Below, piece after piece: positions 39,476-49,607 of a stretch of DNA of 64,000 bases. The stretch is taken from NCBI GenBank assembly GCA_963835065.1, contig CAWIEK010000044.1, forward strand, positions 96,001-160,000, in the 5' to 3' direction. Source of the stretch: an uncultured Chthonomonadaceae bacterium. GTDB taxonomy: Bacteria > Armatimonadota > Chthonomonadetes > Chthonomonadales > Chthonomonadaceae. How positions within the stretch are numbered: the stretch's first letter is position 1; each line of letters begins with the position of its first letter. A program made the position numbers and the translations under genes. The notes beneath the pieces were generated by a model. It ran no database searches, was not told the origin of the DNA, and saw only the letters and a program-made list of their open reading frames with translations.

Positions 39476-40811
39476 GTGACTACTCCCTCCCCTAAAGGGG
39501 AGGGCTTCTCGACCTACGCCTAGCCTATTGGCTTACGTTGCCGGTCGAAGGCTCAGTCCAAGCCCGTCTTAAAATGTTGCAGGCGGCGTTGTGGTCACGG
39601 TCTGTCGTGTGTCCACAAGAGGCGCAGCAATACACGCGGTCAGACAGCGTGAGTTTCACATCAGGCAGGCTGCCACAACAACTGCATTGCTGTGTGGTGT
39701 TGCGGGCATCCCTGCTTTCACTTCCACGCCGGCCCATGCTGCCTTGCTGTGGAGGATAGAGAGGAACTGTGCCCATCCTGCATCGAGTGTGGATTTCGCC
39801 AGTCTGGTACGGGCGATACCAAGTATGTTGAGTTTTTCGTGAGCAATGCGCCCACACCGACGAATCAAGTTCAGGGCGGTCTTGTGGTGAAAGTCCTTGC
39901 GCTGATTGGCGATATGCAGATGCGCTTTTGCAACGCGCTGTACGGCCTTCTTGCGCCGATTGCTGCCGCGTTTGCATCGGCTCAAAGCCCGTTGCGCCTT
40001 GCGGAGTTTTGCCTGCGCTTTGCGGTAGAACTTGGGCGCACTTACTTCTTCGCCATCACTGGTCACGAGGAAGGCTTTCAAGCCTAAATCAATCCCGACC
40101 GCAGGGTTCTCATGGGGTTCCTGCGCCCTGTCAGGCACTTCACAGGAGAGGATGACAAACCATCCGTCCGCCTGCCGTTTGAAACGCATGGTCTTGATGA
40201 CGCCTTCAACAATCTGATGCAGTTTGACTTTAATCAGGCCGATGTGCTGGAAATACACACGGCTGGCGTCAACGTTTAGTTTGCAGCCATCTCCATAGGC
40301 AGGATACTCTACGCTGTCAAAGCGTCCGTAGCCGCGAAAACGAGGGAAGCCGGGTTTGTCGCCGGATTTAAGACGACGAAAGAAGGCGGCAAAGGCTTTA
40401 TCCAGTCGGCGTAAAGTCGCCTGGCAGGAAGAGAAGTTCGTACAGGCGAGAAAAGGATTTGTCTTACGTTCGGCTTTTAGCAATGCGGATTGGTCGGCGT
40501 ATTTCACGGGACGCCCGTCCTGCTCGTAGGCGTTCTTCCGTTCCTCAAGCGCATTATTGTAGAGGCAACGATGCGTTTCAAGCATCTGCTCCATAGATTG
40601 TGCTTGTTCGCGGTCAGGATAGAGTTTGTAGACGAACGCCTTTAGCATACGCTTATCCACGCATATAGCCAAACGATAGTTTCCGTTTGGCGCAAGAAAG
40701 GAGGAGGACAAGGGGTTTTGATTGGGAAGCCCGTCGCTGAAACGACGGTTTCCCAACAGGGAGACAATTCCTCTGCCGCCTAAAGGCAGCAGTCCCCTTG
40801 TCTTATTATTT
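39476..40811 (-). mobile_element. Non-autonomous IS200/IS605-family (IS1341-type) element carrying tnpB only
   Basis: Left end: GGGA + CTGCTGCC-TTTA-GGCGGCAG. Right end: GAAG + CCCTCCCC-TTTA-GGGGAGGG + AGTAG-TCAC. Confidence 0.88.
39525..40648 (-). CDS. tnpB: RNA-guided endonuclease TnpB, apparent 1-nt deletion near 39711
   Basis: MLKAFVYKLYP, GFPRFR, VGIDLG, IAHEKL; other frame NTTQQCSCCG, CASCG, DRDHNAACNI. Confidence 0.93.
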
Positions 40812-42467
40812 ATGGATACGAATACACCCGTGTACGCGGCGATAGATATTGGAACCAACTCGATTCGGCTGGCGGTTGTGCGGGCTGAAGGCGGCTTGCA
40901 GTTTACCACGCTTGCGCTGCATCGGGAAGTGGTGCGGCTGGGTGAAGGCGAGTTTGAAACCAATCAGATGACGCCCGAAGCCATTGCGCGCGGCGCGCTG
41001 GTGTGCGTAAAGTTTGCGGAAGTCGCCAGAGGTTTCGGGGCGCAGGAAATCGTCGCGTTTGCGACCTCAGCCGTGCGCGAAGCGGAAAACCGCGACGAGT
41101 TTATTCGCCGCGTTCAGGAAGAAGCGAGCGTGGAAGTGCGTGTGATTTCGGGCATGGAAGAAGCGCGGCTTATCTGGCTCGGCGTGAGCAGCGGCATAGA
41201 CCTGGGCGCGCGCAAAGCCGTACTTATTGACATCGGCGGCGGCAGTACGGAAGTGATCGTTGGCGGCGCGCGCAACGCCAATAGAAACGGCGGCAACGCG
41301 GACGGTTCCCTGAGCGCGGCGGAAGCGGACAACTACGAAGTGCTGGAAAGCATGAAACTGGGTTCGATTCGCATGTCCAACCACTTTCCCACCGGGGATG
41401 GCCCGGTCAGCCCGGAATCCTACGCCCGGATGCAGGACCACGTTCGCGCCATTTCCGCGCAGGTCGCGCGCAAGGTGCGCAGCGCGAATTTCGATTTGGC
41501 GATGGGAAGCGCAGGCACAATTGGCGCCCTGGCGGAAGTGGTGGCGCGGTTCAGTCCTGATACCACAACGGTCAGCGGGCGCAACATCACGTTTCGGCTC
41601 AGTGACCTGCGCGACGCGGTACGCATGTTATGCAGGCTGCCACTCGAAGCGCGGCGCAATGTGCCCGGCATGGATGTAAACCGCGCCGACATTATCATTG
41701 GTGGGGCTGCCGTGCTGCAAACCGTGATGGAAGCGTTCGGCGCGGAACGGCTGACAACCAGCGAACGCGGCCTGCGGGACGGAATTCTGCTGGATCATCT
41801 GTTGCGCGGCGATGAGGCGCGGCAGCATTTTCAAAGCCTGTCGGTGCGGCGGCGCAGCATTTTGCAGCTTGCCCGCGCCTGTAACTACGACGCCGAACAC
41901 GCGGAGCATACCTCCTACCTGTGCCTGCGCCTGTTCGATGAACTGGCGAGACTGGGGGCGCACCATTACGGCGACGAGGAGCGGGAACTGCTCAATTACG
42001 CGGCGATTGTTCACGACATCGGCACGTTTTTGTCACATTCCAACCACCAGAAACACGCCTATTACCTCGTGCGCAATTCCGACCTGCTCGGCTTCGACAA
42101 CACGGAAATCAACATCATTGCCAATGTCGCGCTGTACCATCGCAAGGGCTTGCCGAAAAAGAAGCATCCCAACATGGCCGAATTTACCCCTCACGAGCGG
42201 CATGTGGTTGGCGCGTTGGCGGCCATTCTGCGTATTGCGGAGGGAATGGATCGGAGCCACCTGAATCTGGTGCAGGACATTCATCTGGAACGCGCCCACA
42301 ACCCGGAGCAGTATGTACTTACCTTGAACTGCGCTTCCGACTGCCAACTGGAAATATGGGGCACGCAGAACAGCCGGGATTTGTTTGAACTGGTATTTGC
42401 CGCCCCGCTCATAGTTCGCTCGGAAATAGGCAGCGTCACGCCAACGCCCGCCCTCGCGGCAAGGTGA
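40812..42467 (+). CDS. ppx: Ppx/GppA phosphatase with C-terminal HD domain
   Basis: AAIDIGTNS, ATSAVREA, DIGGGSTE, GLRDG, VHDIG. Confidence 0.95.
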   Translation: MDTNTPVYAAIDIGTNSIRLAVVRAEGGLQFTTLALHREVVRLGEGEFETNQMTPEAIARGALVCVKFAEVARGFGAQEIVAFATSAVREAENRDEFIRRVQEEASVEVRVISGMEEARLIWLGVSSGIDLGARKAVLIDIGGGSTEVIVGGARNANRNGGNADGSLSAAEADNYEVLESMKLGSIRMSNHFPTGDGPVSPESYARMQDHVRAISAQVARKVRSANFDLAMGSAGTIGALAEVVARFSPDTTTVSGRNITFRLSDLRDAVRMLCRLPLEARRNVPGMDVNRADIIIGGAAVLQTVMEAFGAERLTTSERGLRDGILLDHLLRGDEARQHFQSLSVRRRSILQLARACNYDAEHAEHTSYLCLRLFDELARLGAHHYGDEERELLNYAAIVHDIGTFLSHSNHQKHAYYLVRNSDLLGFDNTEINIIANVALYHRKGLPKKKHPNMAEFTPHERHVVGALAAILRIAEGMDRSHLNLVQDIHLERAHNPEQYVLTLNCASDCQLEIWGTQNSRDLFELVFAAPLIVRSEIGSVTPTPALAAR

Positions 42468-42498
42468 CAATTCAGAGCCAGCGCATCGAATTCGCCGT

Positions 42499-42531
42499 GT
42501 AGAACCCGGCATATAAAATGCCGGGTTCTAC
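42499..42531. repeat. GTAG-type REP-like palindrome
   Basis: GTAGAACCCGGCAT...ATGCCGGGTTCTAC. Confidence 0.65.
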
Positions 42532-42543
42532 GAAACAACAAAA

Positions 42544-42576
42544 GAACCGGGCAGAGGAATTACCTCTGCCCGGTTC
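42544..42576 (-). terminator. Intrinsic terminator of the RRM gene
   Basis: GAACCGGGCAGAGG / CCTCTGCCCGGTTC stem with T run on the minus strand. Confidence 0.8.
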
Positions 42577-42611
42577 CATTTCAGAACGGCTTAAGTGCAA
42601 GCCGCCATGAA

Positions 42612-42974
42612 CTACCAGCGATTGCCGCCGCCGCTGCCGCGATTGTCGCCGCCGCCGTAGCCGCCGCCACCACCACTGCTGCGTCCGCCGCCACCGCCGT
42701 AGCCACCGCCGCCACTGGAGCGATCTTCACGGGGCTTGGCTTCGTTGACCGTCAGAGTCCGTCCGCCCATCTGCGTGCCGTTGAGGGCGTTGATGGCCGA
42801 TTGAGATTCCGCGTCGGTGGACATTTCCACAAAGCCGAAGCCTTTGGCCTGGCCCGTGTACTTGTCGGTCACGAGGGTCACGGAGGAAACGGTGCCGGAC
42901 GGGGTGAACAGGTTCTGCAGGTCTTGTTCGGTCGCGGTGTAGGGCAGTCCGCCCACATAAATACGTGTTGCCAT
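42612..42974 (-). CDS. RRM RNA-binding protein with glycine-rich tail
   Basis: RNP2 IYVGGL, RNP1 KGFGFVEM, VNEAKPRE. Confidence 0.96.
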   Translation of the reverse strand: MATRIYVGGLPYTATEQDLQNLFTPSGTVSSVTLVTDKYTGQAKGFGFVEMSTDAESQSAINALNGTQMGGRTLTVNEAKPREDRSSGGGGYGGGGGRSSGGGGGYGGGDNRGSGGGNRW

Positions 42975-43263
42975 TTGGGGTATTCCTATTTCTCTTTCCC
43001 GCCGGAACCTTCTGGCGAAATGTTCGCCCGAAACGCGCCATAGGGAAAAGGCTGGATGCCATGCGGGACCGAAGCCCCGGCGACATCAAAAAGTGGATGA
43101 AGCCTGTCAAGCGGTTAAGCAATCTTCACCATCTAGAAACGAGCGTCAGGAAAGAGAGAAGGAGCCGGAAGAATGGTCAACGGAGGAACGGAATAAAACC
43201 GCTTCGGAGCGACATAGATCGGGATGCAATCAAAATTTTTCGTGTCGTCGTGTAGACAATAGT

Positions 43264-43292
43264 ATTGTCGCACAGAAAAGTGCAGTTGTCAA
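43264..43292 (-). promoter_or_regulatory. Sigma70-type promoter of the RRM gene
   Basis: Minus strand TTGACA-N17-GACAAT with TGn extension. Confidence 0.6.
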
Positions 43293-43390
43293 CACTTATT
43301 TTCAGGTATTTTCAGCGGGGCCTGCATACAAATCGGCGCGAACGCTGTCAATATGAACAGAATCTACAGCGTTCGCGCAAAAAGCAAGAA

Positions 43391-43582
43391 TTACTTCTTA
43401 TCGTCAATGGCGTTCTTGACGGCTTCTTTCACTTTGCCGAAGCCTTCCTGAATCGCGCCCTCGGCCTGCTTCAGTTTGCCTTTCGCCTCCGTTTCGGGGC
43501 TGTCGGCAACGACGCCGACAACATTCTGCGCTTTGCCTTCGACCTGCTTGATTTTGCCTTCAACCACATCTTCGTTCGCCAT
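43391..43582 (-). CDS. CsbD family stress protein
   Basis: EGKIKQVEGK...EAKGKLKQAEGAIQEGFGKVK. Confidence 0.9.
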   Translation of the reverse strand: MANEDVVEGKIKQVEGKAQNVVGVVADSPETEAKGKLKQAEGAIQEGFGKVKEAVKNAIDDKK

Positions 43583-43721
43583 AACTGTTGTTCCCTTCTG
43601 CCGCGAAAAGCGACCAATTACCTGCCGGTACGACATTCGATGCAGCCGCATTTGTTCCCGACAATTAGGCGGATCGGGCGGGCAGTTCCTGAAAAGGCCA
43701 GTCCTCCATTTCAAATGATAA

Positions 43722-46700
43722 TCACGCCAATGCTAACTCGGTGAGCAGCGCCTTTGCCTCCTGCATGTCGGCCTCCTCAAAACCCTCCGTAAACTGCTCG
43801 TAAACGCCCGTGAGGAGCGCGCGGGCTTCGGCCTGTTTTCCTTGCTCCTGCCACAGTCGGCTCAGACTGATGGCTCCGCGCAATTCCAATGCCAGCGCGG
43901 TTTGCTTTCGGGCGCTTTCCAGGGCGCGGAGGAAACAGGCTTCTGCCTCCTCTGCCTGCTCTGCATCAGACGCAGGCAGTCGCCGCAGGCAGTCGCCTTT
44001 CAATCGGTATAGTTCCGCTTCCCACCAACATTCCCCCGTTGCCGCAACCGCGTTCAGCGCGGCTTCCAGGAGTTCCAGCGCTTCGGGCAACTGCTGAGTT
44101 TTAACAAGCGCCTGCGCGCGCAGCGCCAAATAGTGCGGCTGCATCAGCAACGCGCCCGTAAATTGCCAGGCCGCAAACCCCTGCGCCATCTGCGCCAGTC
44201 CCTTTTCGAACTGGCCTTGCGCCATTTCCGCCCATCCTGCATACGTATGCCCTCCCGCCAGCCAGAAAGGAAAGCCCTGTTCGCTTGCAAGGCGTACCGT
44301 TTCCTCGCCGTAACTTTGTGCCAGGGGCGCGTCCTGCTGGAACTCGTAGAGAGCCGCCGCAAAGTCAAGCGCGAAAGCCAGGCTATGCAGATGGTTCACT
44401 TCCCGCGCAAGTTCCAGCGCGGCTTTTATCTGTTTGCGCGCCTGCTCGGAATGTCCCGACAGCCAGAGCGTCCAGGCCAGATGGCACAAGCACAGTACGC
44501 CGATGTCCTGACCATAAAGCGCGGCCTGCGCGCCGTGCTGCCGAACATCATACTGCCGCAGCCCCTCCTGCAAATACGCCTGCGCGTCGTTTAATTCGCC
44601 CAGGCAAGTCAATGTCGCTCCCATGGCTCCCTGCGCCGTGACGGTCATGAGCAAGTCCTGCGCTTCCTGTGCCAGCAGCAGCAAACGCTCTGCAATCTCC
44701 CGCGCTTGCGCCAACTCCGCGCGCACTTGGTAGAACAGCCACAGGCCCCACAGCGCGGAAAACAGTTGCGGCGTGTTTCCCGCCTGTTCGCACAAATCCC
44801 GCGCTCTGGAGTAACTGGATTGAACTTCCGAAGCGGCATAACCCCGCGTCATTACAAGGGCGGTTCCGAGCAGAATATGCAGATGCAGTTCCTGTTCGGA
44901 TCGCTCGGCATTTTGTGGAAGTTCTCGGCACAACTGCAAGGCTTTATGGAGGTGAACCACGGCTTCCGCGTTGGCCGCGCGCTGCATGGCCCGTTCGCCC
45001 GCGCGCTGCCAGTGAACCAGGGCGGCGTGTTTTTGGTTTGCTGCCGTGTAGTGGTGCGCCAGCAATTCCGGCTGCGCGGCAACGACCTCGGCAAAGCGCT
45101 CTTCCAATACCTGCGCGATGCGCTGATGGTAACGCTGCCTTGTGCTTTTCAGCAGGGAGTCATAAGCGGCATTCTGAATCAGGGCGTGCTTGAAAACATG
45201 CCTTGATTTTGGATACACGCCCCGTTGATAAACCACTTCCACGGAGGACAACTGCCGTAAATGGCTGCGCAGGATTTCTTCATTCACGGGAGCAATGGCT
45301 TCAATGAGTTCAAAGGGGAACTCTCGCCCCAGCGTCGCTCCCAACTGCGCCGTTTCTTTTACCAACCCCAGACGATCCAGGCGAGCCATCAGCGCGTCCT
45401 TCAGCGTGACGGGAATTGTCAAGGCCGCGAGAGTATCCGTCAGCGCCTCCCCCTCGCGCTGTCCCTCGAACAGCCCGGCCTCAAGCACACTGCGCGTCAA
45501 CTCCTCGATAAAAAGCGGCACTCCATCCGATTTATCCGCCAGATGCTGCAGCACCGCATCGGGAAGCGTTCTGCCGCCCGCTAAACTTTGTATCAACGTC
45601 TTGGTGTGGTCCAGCGTCAGATTATCCAGCGTAATCTGAGCAAGATGGGGGCGCGGAGTCCACGCCGGGATAAACGCAGGGCGGAACGTCAGCACGAGGC
45701 AGATTTGCGGCATGACGCCTTGCTCGACAATATGGTCCAGCAATTCCAGCGTGGAAGGGTCTGCCCACTGCAAATCTTCCACAACCAGCAGCACGGGCTT
45801 GTTCGCTGCCATAGACAGCAAGAGGGCCGCCAAACATTCCTGGAGTTTCTGCTTTTGCCGCAACGGGGAAAGATTTAATTCGATGTAGCGTTCCTGTAAG
45901 GGAACCGACAACAGCGACGCCAGCAGCGGCACGGCTTCCGGCAGGGAAAGATTGCACCTTTGTACCAGCGCCTCAATTCTGGACAGCCTTTCGGCGGGAT
46001 TATCCGTCAGGCGCAGGTCCAATTTGCGCTGGAGCAGATCAATCACGGGATACAAAGCGCTGGATTGGTAATAAGGCGAACACCGGCATTCCCACTGAAA
46101 ATGAGGTTCCTCGGAAATTTGGACCCGAAATGCCTGGAGCAGGCGCGATTTTCCATGTCCCGCTTCCGCGCACAAGAGGGTTACGCGCCCCACTCCCCTT
46201 TGTACATGTTCCCAACTCTCCAGCAACTGCTTTAATTCCGCTTCGCGCCCGATGAGAGGTCCGGTTTCCGCAGGCAGGAGCGTTTCTTCGATGGAGTGTG
46301 CCGGCTCCAGCACATGAAAAACTTCGGTTGTTCGAGAGACGCCTTTGAAATGCCGCATCCCCAGGGATTGCAGCCGAAAATTACTTTTCACCAGCGCGTA
46401 GGTCGCGTCGCTGATAACCACCGTATCCGGTTCCGCGTCGCCCTGTAAGCGCGCGGCGATATTGGGCGTTTCGCCCACGATGGCGGATTGCTCACGTGTC
46501 TGCCCACTGCCCATCTCCCCGGCCACCACTAGTCCGGTATGAATTCCCAAACGCACACCCAAGGTGACGCCCACCTGCTGCTGAAGGCGCGCGTTCAAGA
46601 CGGACATCCCGGCAACAATATCCAATCCGGTATGTACCGCCCGCTGCGCGTCGTCTTCATGCGCTTCAGGAAAACCAAAGTAGATTAAGATGCCATCGCC

Positions 46701-47168
46701 GATATATTTGGCAATGTACCCTCCATATTTTTGAACGACGTCCGCGCAAACTTTCTGATAAGCCCGTATCACGTCGCGCAAATCTTCCGGGTCGAACCGC
46801 TCTGCCAACGGCGTTGACCCAACCAGGTCACAAAACATGACCGTCAGTTGGCGGCGCTCCGCTTCGGGAGTCGGCGAACTTCCGGGTCGGGCAACGGCCT
46901 CAGCAGGCGAGGGCGCTTTCACTTCCGGCGTCGCTCCCACATCACGATTCGGCGGCGTAAGCGCAAAGCCACATTCCGAGCAGAAGCGATAGGCGGGCGG
47001 ATTGGGATTGGCGCACCGGGAACAAATTTTCAGAAGCGTTGCGCCGCACTCGCCGCAGAACTTCATGCTTTCGGGCATATCCGTTTGACAATTTGAACAT
47101 AACATCCCTGTCACTACCTTTTCGTATATGTTGCCCGTAGGACCGCCTTCAACTCTTGATAGGCGCAT
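43722..47168 (-). CDS. Double zinc ribbon + class III adenylate cyclase + AAA ATPase + TPR protein (alternative start 47105)
   Basis: Four CxxC, FCDLVGST, KYIGDG, VGETPNIAARLQ, AEAGHGKS, VEDLQWAD, GVPLFIEE, TPR tail. Confidence 0.93.
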   Translation of the reverse strand: MRLSRVEGGPTGNIYEKVVTGMLCSNCQTDMPESMKFCGECGATLLKICSRCANPNPPAYRFCSECGFALTPPNRDVGATPEVKAPSPAEAVARPGSSPTPEAERRQLTVMFCDLVGSTPLAERFDPEDLRDVIRAYQKVCADVVQKYGGYIAKYIGDGILIYFGFPEAHEDDAQRAVHTGLDIVAGMSVLNARLQQQVGVTLGVRLGIHTGLVVAGEMGSGQTREQSAIVGETPNIAARLQGDAEPDTVVISDATYALVKSNFRLQSLGMRHFKGVSRTTEVFHVLEPAHSIEETLLPAETGPLIGREAELKQLLESWEHVQRGVGRVTLLCAEAGHGKSRLLQAFRVQISEEPHFQWECRCSPYYQSSALYPVIDLLQRKLDLRLTDNPAERLSRIEALVQRCNLSLPEAVPLLASLLSVPLQERYIELNLSPLRQKQKLQECLAALLLSMAANKPVLLVVEDLQWADPSTLELLDHIVEQGVMPQICLVLTFRPAFIPAWTPRPHLAQITLDNLTLDHTKTLIQSLAGGRTLPDAVLQHLADKSDGVPLFIEELTRSVLEAGLFEGQREGEALTDTLAALTIPVTLKDALMARLDRLGLVKETAQLGATLGREFPFELIEAIAPVNEEILRSHLRQLSSVEVVYQRGVYPKSRHVFKHALIQNAAYDSLLKSTRQRYHQRIAQVLEERFAEVVAAQPELLAHHYTAANQKHAALVHWQRAGERAMQRAANAEAVVHLHKALQLCRELPQNAERSEQELHLHILLGTALVMTRGYAASEVQSSYSRARDLCEQAGNTPQLFSALWGLWLFYQVRAELAQAREIAERLLLLAQEAQDLLMTVTAQGAMGATLTCLGELNDAQAYLQEGLRQYDVRQHGAQAALYGQDIGVLCLCHLAWTLWLSGHSEQARKQIKAALELAREVNHLHSLAFALDFAAALYEFQQDAPLAQSYGEETVRLASEQGFPFWLAGGHTYAGWAEMAQGQFEKGLAQMAQGFAAWQFTGALLMQPHYLALRAQALVKTQQLPEALELLEAALNAVAATGECWWEAELYRLKGDCLRRLPASDAEQAEEAEACFLRALESARKQTALALELRGAISLSRLWQEQGKQAEARALLTGVYEQFTEGFEEADMQEAKALLTELALA

Positions 47169-48382
47169 TTAATTTCCAAGCGGCCCCTCCGGGACGCGCC
47201 CGGCGCGTATCTCCGCAATCTGCTCTGGCGTAAATGGCAGGTTGTACATCGTAGCCTTCTGTTGACGGGATCGAAACAGGCCAATGATGTAGTCCATCCG
47301 CTGTTTCAGAACGGCCCAGTCGGTGCTTCCCGGCGGGGGCAATTGATCCTGGTGTTCAGGATCCCAGGGGGTATAGTGTTCGCTCATGAACACGACGACA
47401 TCAGGATTTTTCAGATTCTCCAGATCACGCGGATAAAGGTTTATTCCATTCATTGCGGCCAAATGACTGCCAAGATCGAGAACCTCATCGGCAATCTTGA
47501 GCGTCATCATGTGGCGCGTAGCCTCGGAGCGCCATATATCCTCCGCCTCCGTCAGAAGCGGATTGAACATCTTGATAAGGTCATCTTCCAAATGTTTATG
47601 GCTTCCAGGTATAAAGCGTTGCACTGTTTCGCGTATACGCGCTCCCAGCGTGTCTTTAATCGGAGCGTTCAACGCGGACTCAATCTGAGGCTAAGCCGCT
47701 TCTGCTCGTGCAGGCCGACCAGCGTGTTCGCCAAGAGAATGCGCTCGGCTTTCTGCTTTTGTTCCAGCTCATAAATGGCGTAGATATAGTGAGAAAAGGC
47801 CTGGCGCAGTAAATCCTGTCCATCTTTCTCCTCAACGCTTCCAGGCCTGAAGCCCTTCAGGAACGCATCGTGTTGATCTGCGTCGAATGTGGCTGCGCCC
47901 TCAAACGTGGTTATCAGGCGCTCAAAGTGAGGAGCCAACTCTTCAAACACCTTGAGATTGCCGTTCGCAATGTGCTTGCTGACATCCCCGGCAGTGTGTT
48001 CGATATGTTTGCCGAGAGTGGTATGTTTGATGGTGATAATGATTCCGTCCAGAAATGGAAGCAGGAGTCTTTCTTCAAAAGATTCCAGAGGATCGGGGTT
48101 CATTCGGAGCAGCGCGCGTTCCAGGCGCGCGTCTTGGTCCCAACGGTCGCGCAGGAATTTGGGAAATTCTTCGTTGCGAATGGTGACGCCCGCCTGCCGT
48201 GACGCCCAGGTGGCAAAGGTACACCAGTTGATGTTGGGGTTTTGAAGGAGCGCTCTTACTCCATGTGAGAGCAGATGATAGCTGTACGTAATCTTCAAAT
48301 TACGCAGAACCGGCTCCGGCAGCGCGCAAGTTTGGGCAATGTCTTCTACGGAAGGGATCGTTTGAGAAATCTGTGCATCCAT
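47169..48382 (-). CDS. Uncharacterised ~400-aa helical protein split by a 1-nt deletion near 47692
   Basis: SD GAGG, ATG 48382. Adding one C gives HEQKRLQPQIESALNAP, joining ORFs 47669-48481 and 47169-47672. Confidence 0.75.
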
Positions 48383-48657
48383 GTGCTTTACCTCACGACG
48401 GTTTGATAGGTACAAAAACATTCTAATGTTTCGCCGACAGCCGTAAATATACCTGCCTGGATACGTATTTTTTGCGTTCAAGTTTGATTTATGAAAAAGT
48501 AATGTTTCAGAAGGAAGTTGCCGCAGCCGAATCGAACCTTACTCAGGTGTTCTTGCTTTGACTGCCTGCCCTCTCGACACCAAGGCGAACGCTCAGAACC
48601 ATGTCTGAACACAGCCATGCCAGACACTACACTGCGGCGTAAATACGCCTACGGTAG

Positions 48658-48712
48658 CCGAGTCGTGAACGACCCGTCTCATGGGCCTGCGGCCAGCCGG
48701 TCTGCGACCGGA
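48658..48712. repeat. 55-bp structured motif, copy 2
   Basis: 48/55 identical to 15205-15259. Confidence 0.85.
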
Positions 48713-48778
48713 GAACCATTGGTCTATTTACGCCGAGGTGTAGTACATTCCATCCATTGCCACGCCTTAAACATCAAC

Positions 48779-49585
48779 ATGCCAAACAACCCAACGCCCA
48801 AGCCCCCTAATCCTCAACCCGGGCGTCCACCCGCAGGGAAGGACACAACGCTCAACCGCTTCAACCAGCCTATCGGCTTTGCGGTTCCCGATTGGCAGCC
48901 GCCACCCCTGCCCTCGCGGGAACCGATGAGCGGGCGCTTCTGCCGCGTGGAAGCATTGGAACCGGAGCGCCATGCCCGCTCGCTTTTCGACGCCAACGCG
49001 CTGGATATGGAGGGGCGTAACTGGACCTACCTGTTTTCAGAGCCGTTTGCCGATTTCGACAGTTACTATGCGTGGCTGACCAAAGCGGCGGCGGAAACAG
49101 ACCCACTTGTTTACGCTATTGTGGACAACGCGCTGGAACGAGCCGTCGGCGTTGCCAGTTACCTGCGCATTGCGCCACAGCACGGTTCCATAGAAGTCGG
49201 CGGCATCAACTTTTCGCCCCTGCTCCAGCAAAAACCGGCGGCAACCGAGGCCATGTATCTGATGATGCAGCAGGCGTTTGCGCAGGGCTATCGGCGTTAC
49301 GAGTGGAAGTGCGACGCGCTCAACGCGCCATCCCGCCGCGCGGCGCAGCGCCTGGGGTTCTCCTTTGAAGGTATCTTCCGGCAGGCATTGGTATACAAAG
49401 GCCGCAACCGCGATACCGCCTGGTTTGCCGTGATGGATTGGGAGTGGCCGCAATTGCAGGCGGCATTTGAAACTTGGCTCGATCCCGCCAATTTCGATAA
49501 TGCGGGCAGGCAAAAAATCGCGCTGTCTGCTTTAACAGCCCCGCTTCTGAAGGCAAAGGATGTTCCCGCTTCCTTGTTACCTTAG
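48779..49585 (+). CDS. GNAT (RimJ/RimL-like) acetyltransferase
   Basis: GSIEVG, YRRYEWKCDALN, GFSFEGIFR, KGRNRDTAWF. Confidence 0.92.
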   Translation: MPNNPTPKPPNPQPGRPPAGKDTTLNRFNQPIGFAVPDWQPPPLPSREPMSGRFCRVEALEPERHARSLFDANALDMEGRNWTYLFSEPFADFDSYYAWLTKAAAETDPLVYAIVDNALERAVGVASYLRIAPQHGSIEVGGINFSPLLQQKPAATEAMYLMMQQAFAQGYRRYEWKCDALNAPSRRAAQRLGFSFEGIFRQALVYKGRNRDTAWFAVMDWEWPQLQAAFETWLDPANFDNAGRQKIALSALTAPLLKAKDVPASLLP

Positions 49586-49607
49586 CGGCGCAATTCAGCA
49601 ATGGCTT

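Noticed and set aside
40649..40963. N-terminal extensions of TnpB (ORF from 40963) and Ppx (ORF from 40722)
   Set aside because: They run through the IS left end and the opposite gene. Family motifs begin at 40648 and 40812.
48518..48778. N-terminal extension of the GNAT gene
   Set aside because: It is non-homologous sequence crossing the 55-nt repeat. ATG 48779 is the more plausible start.
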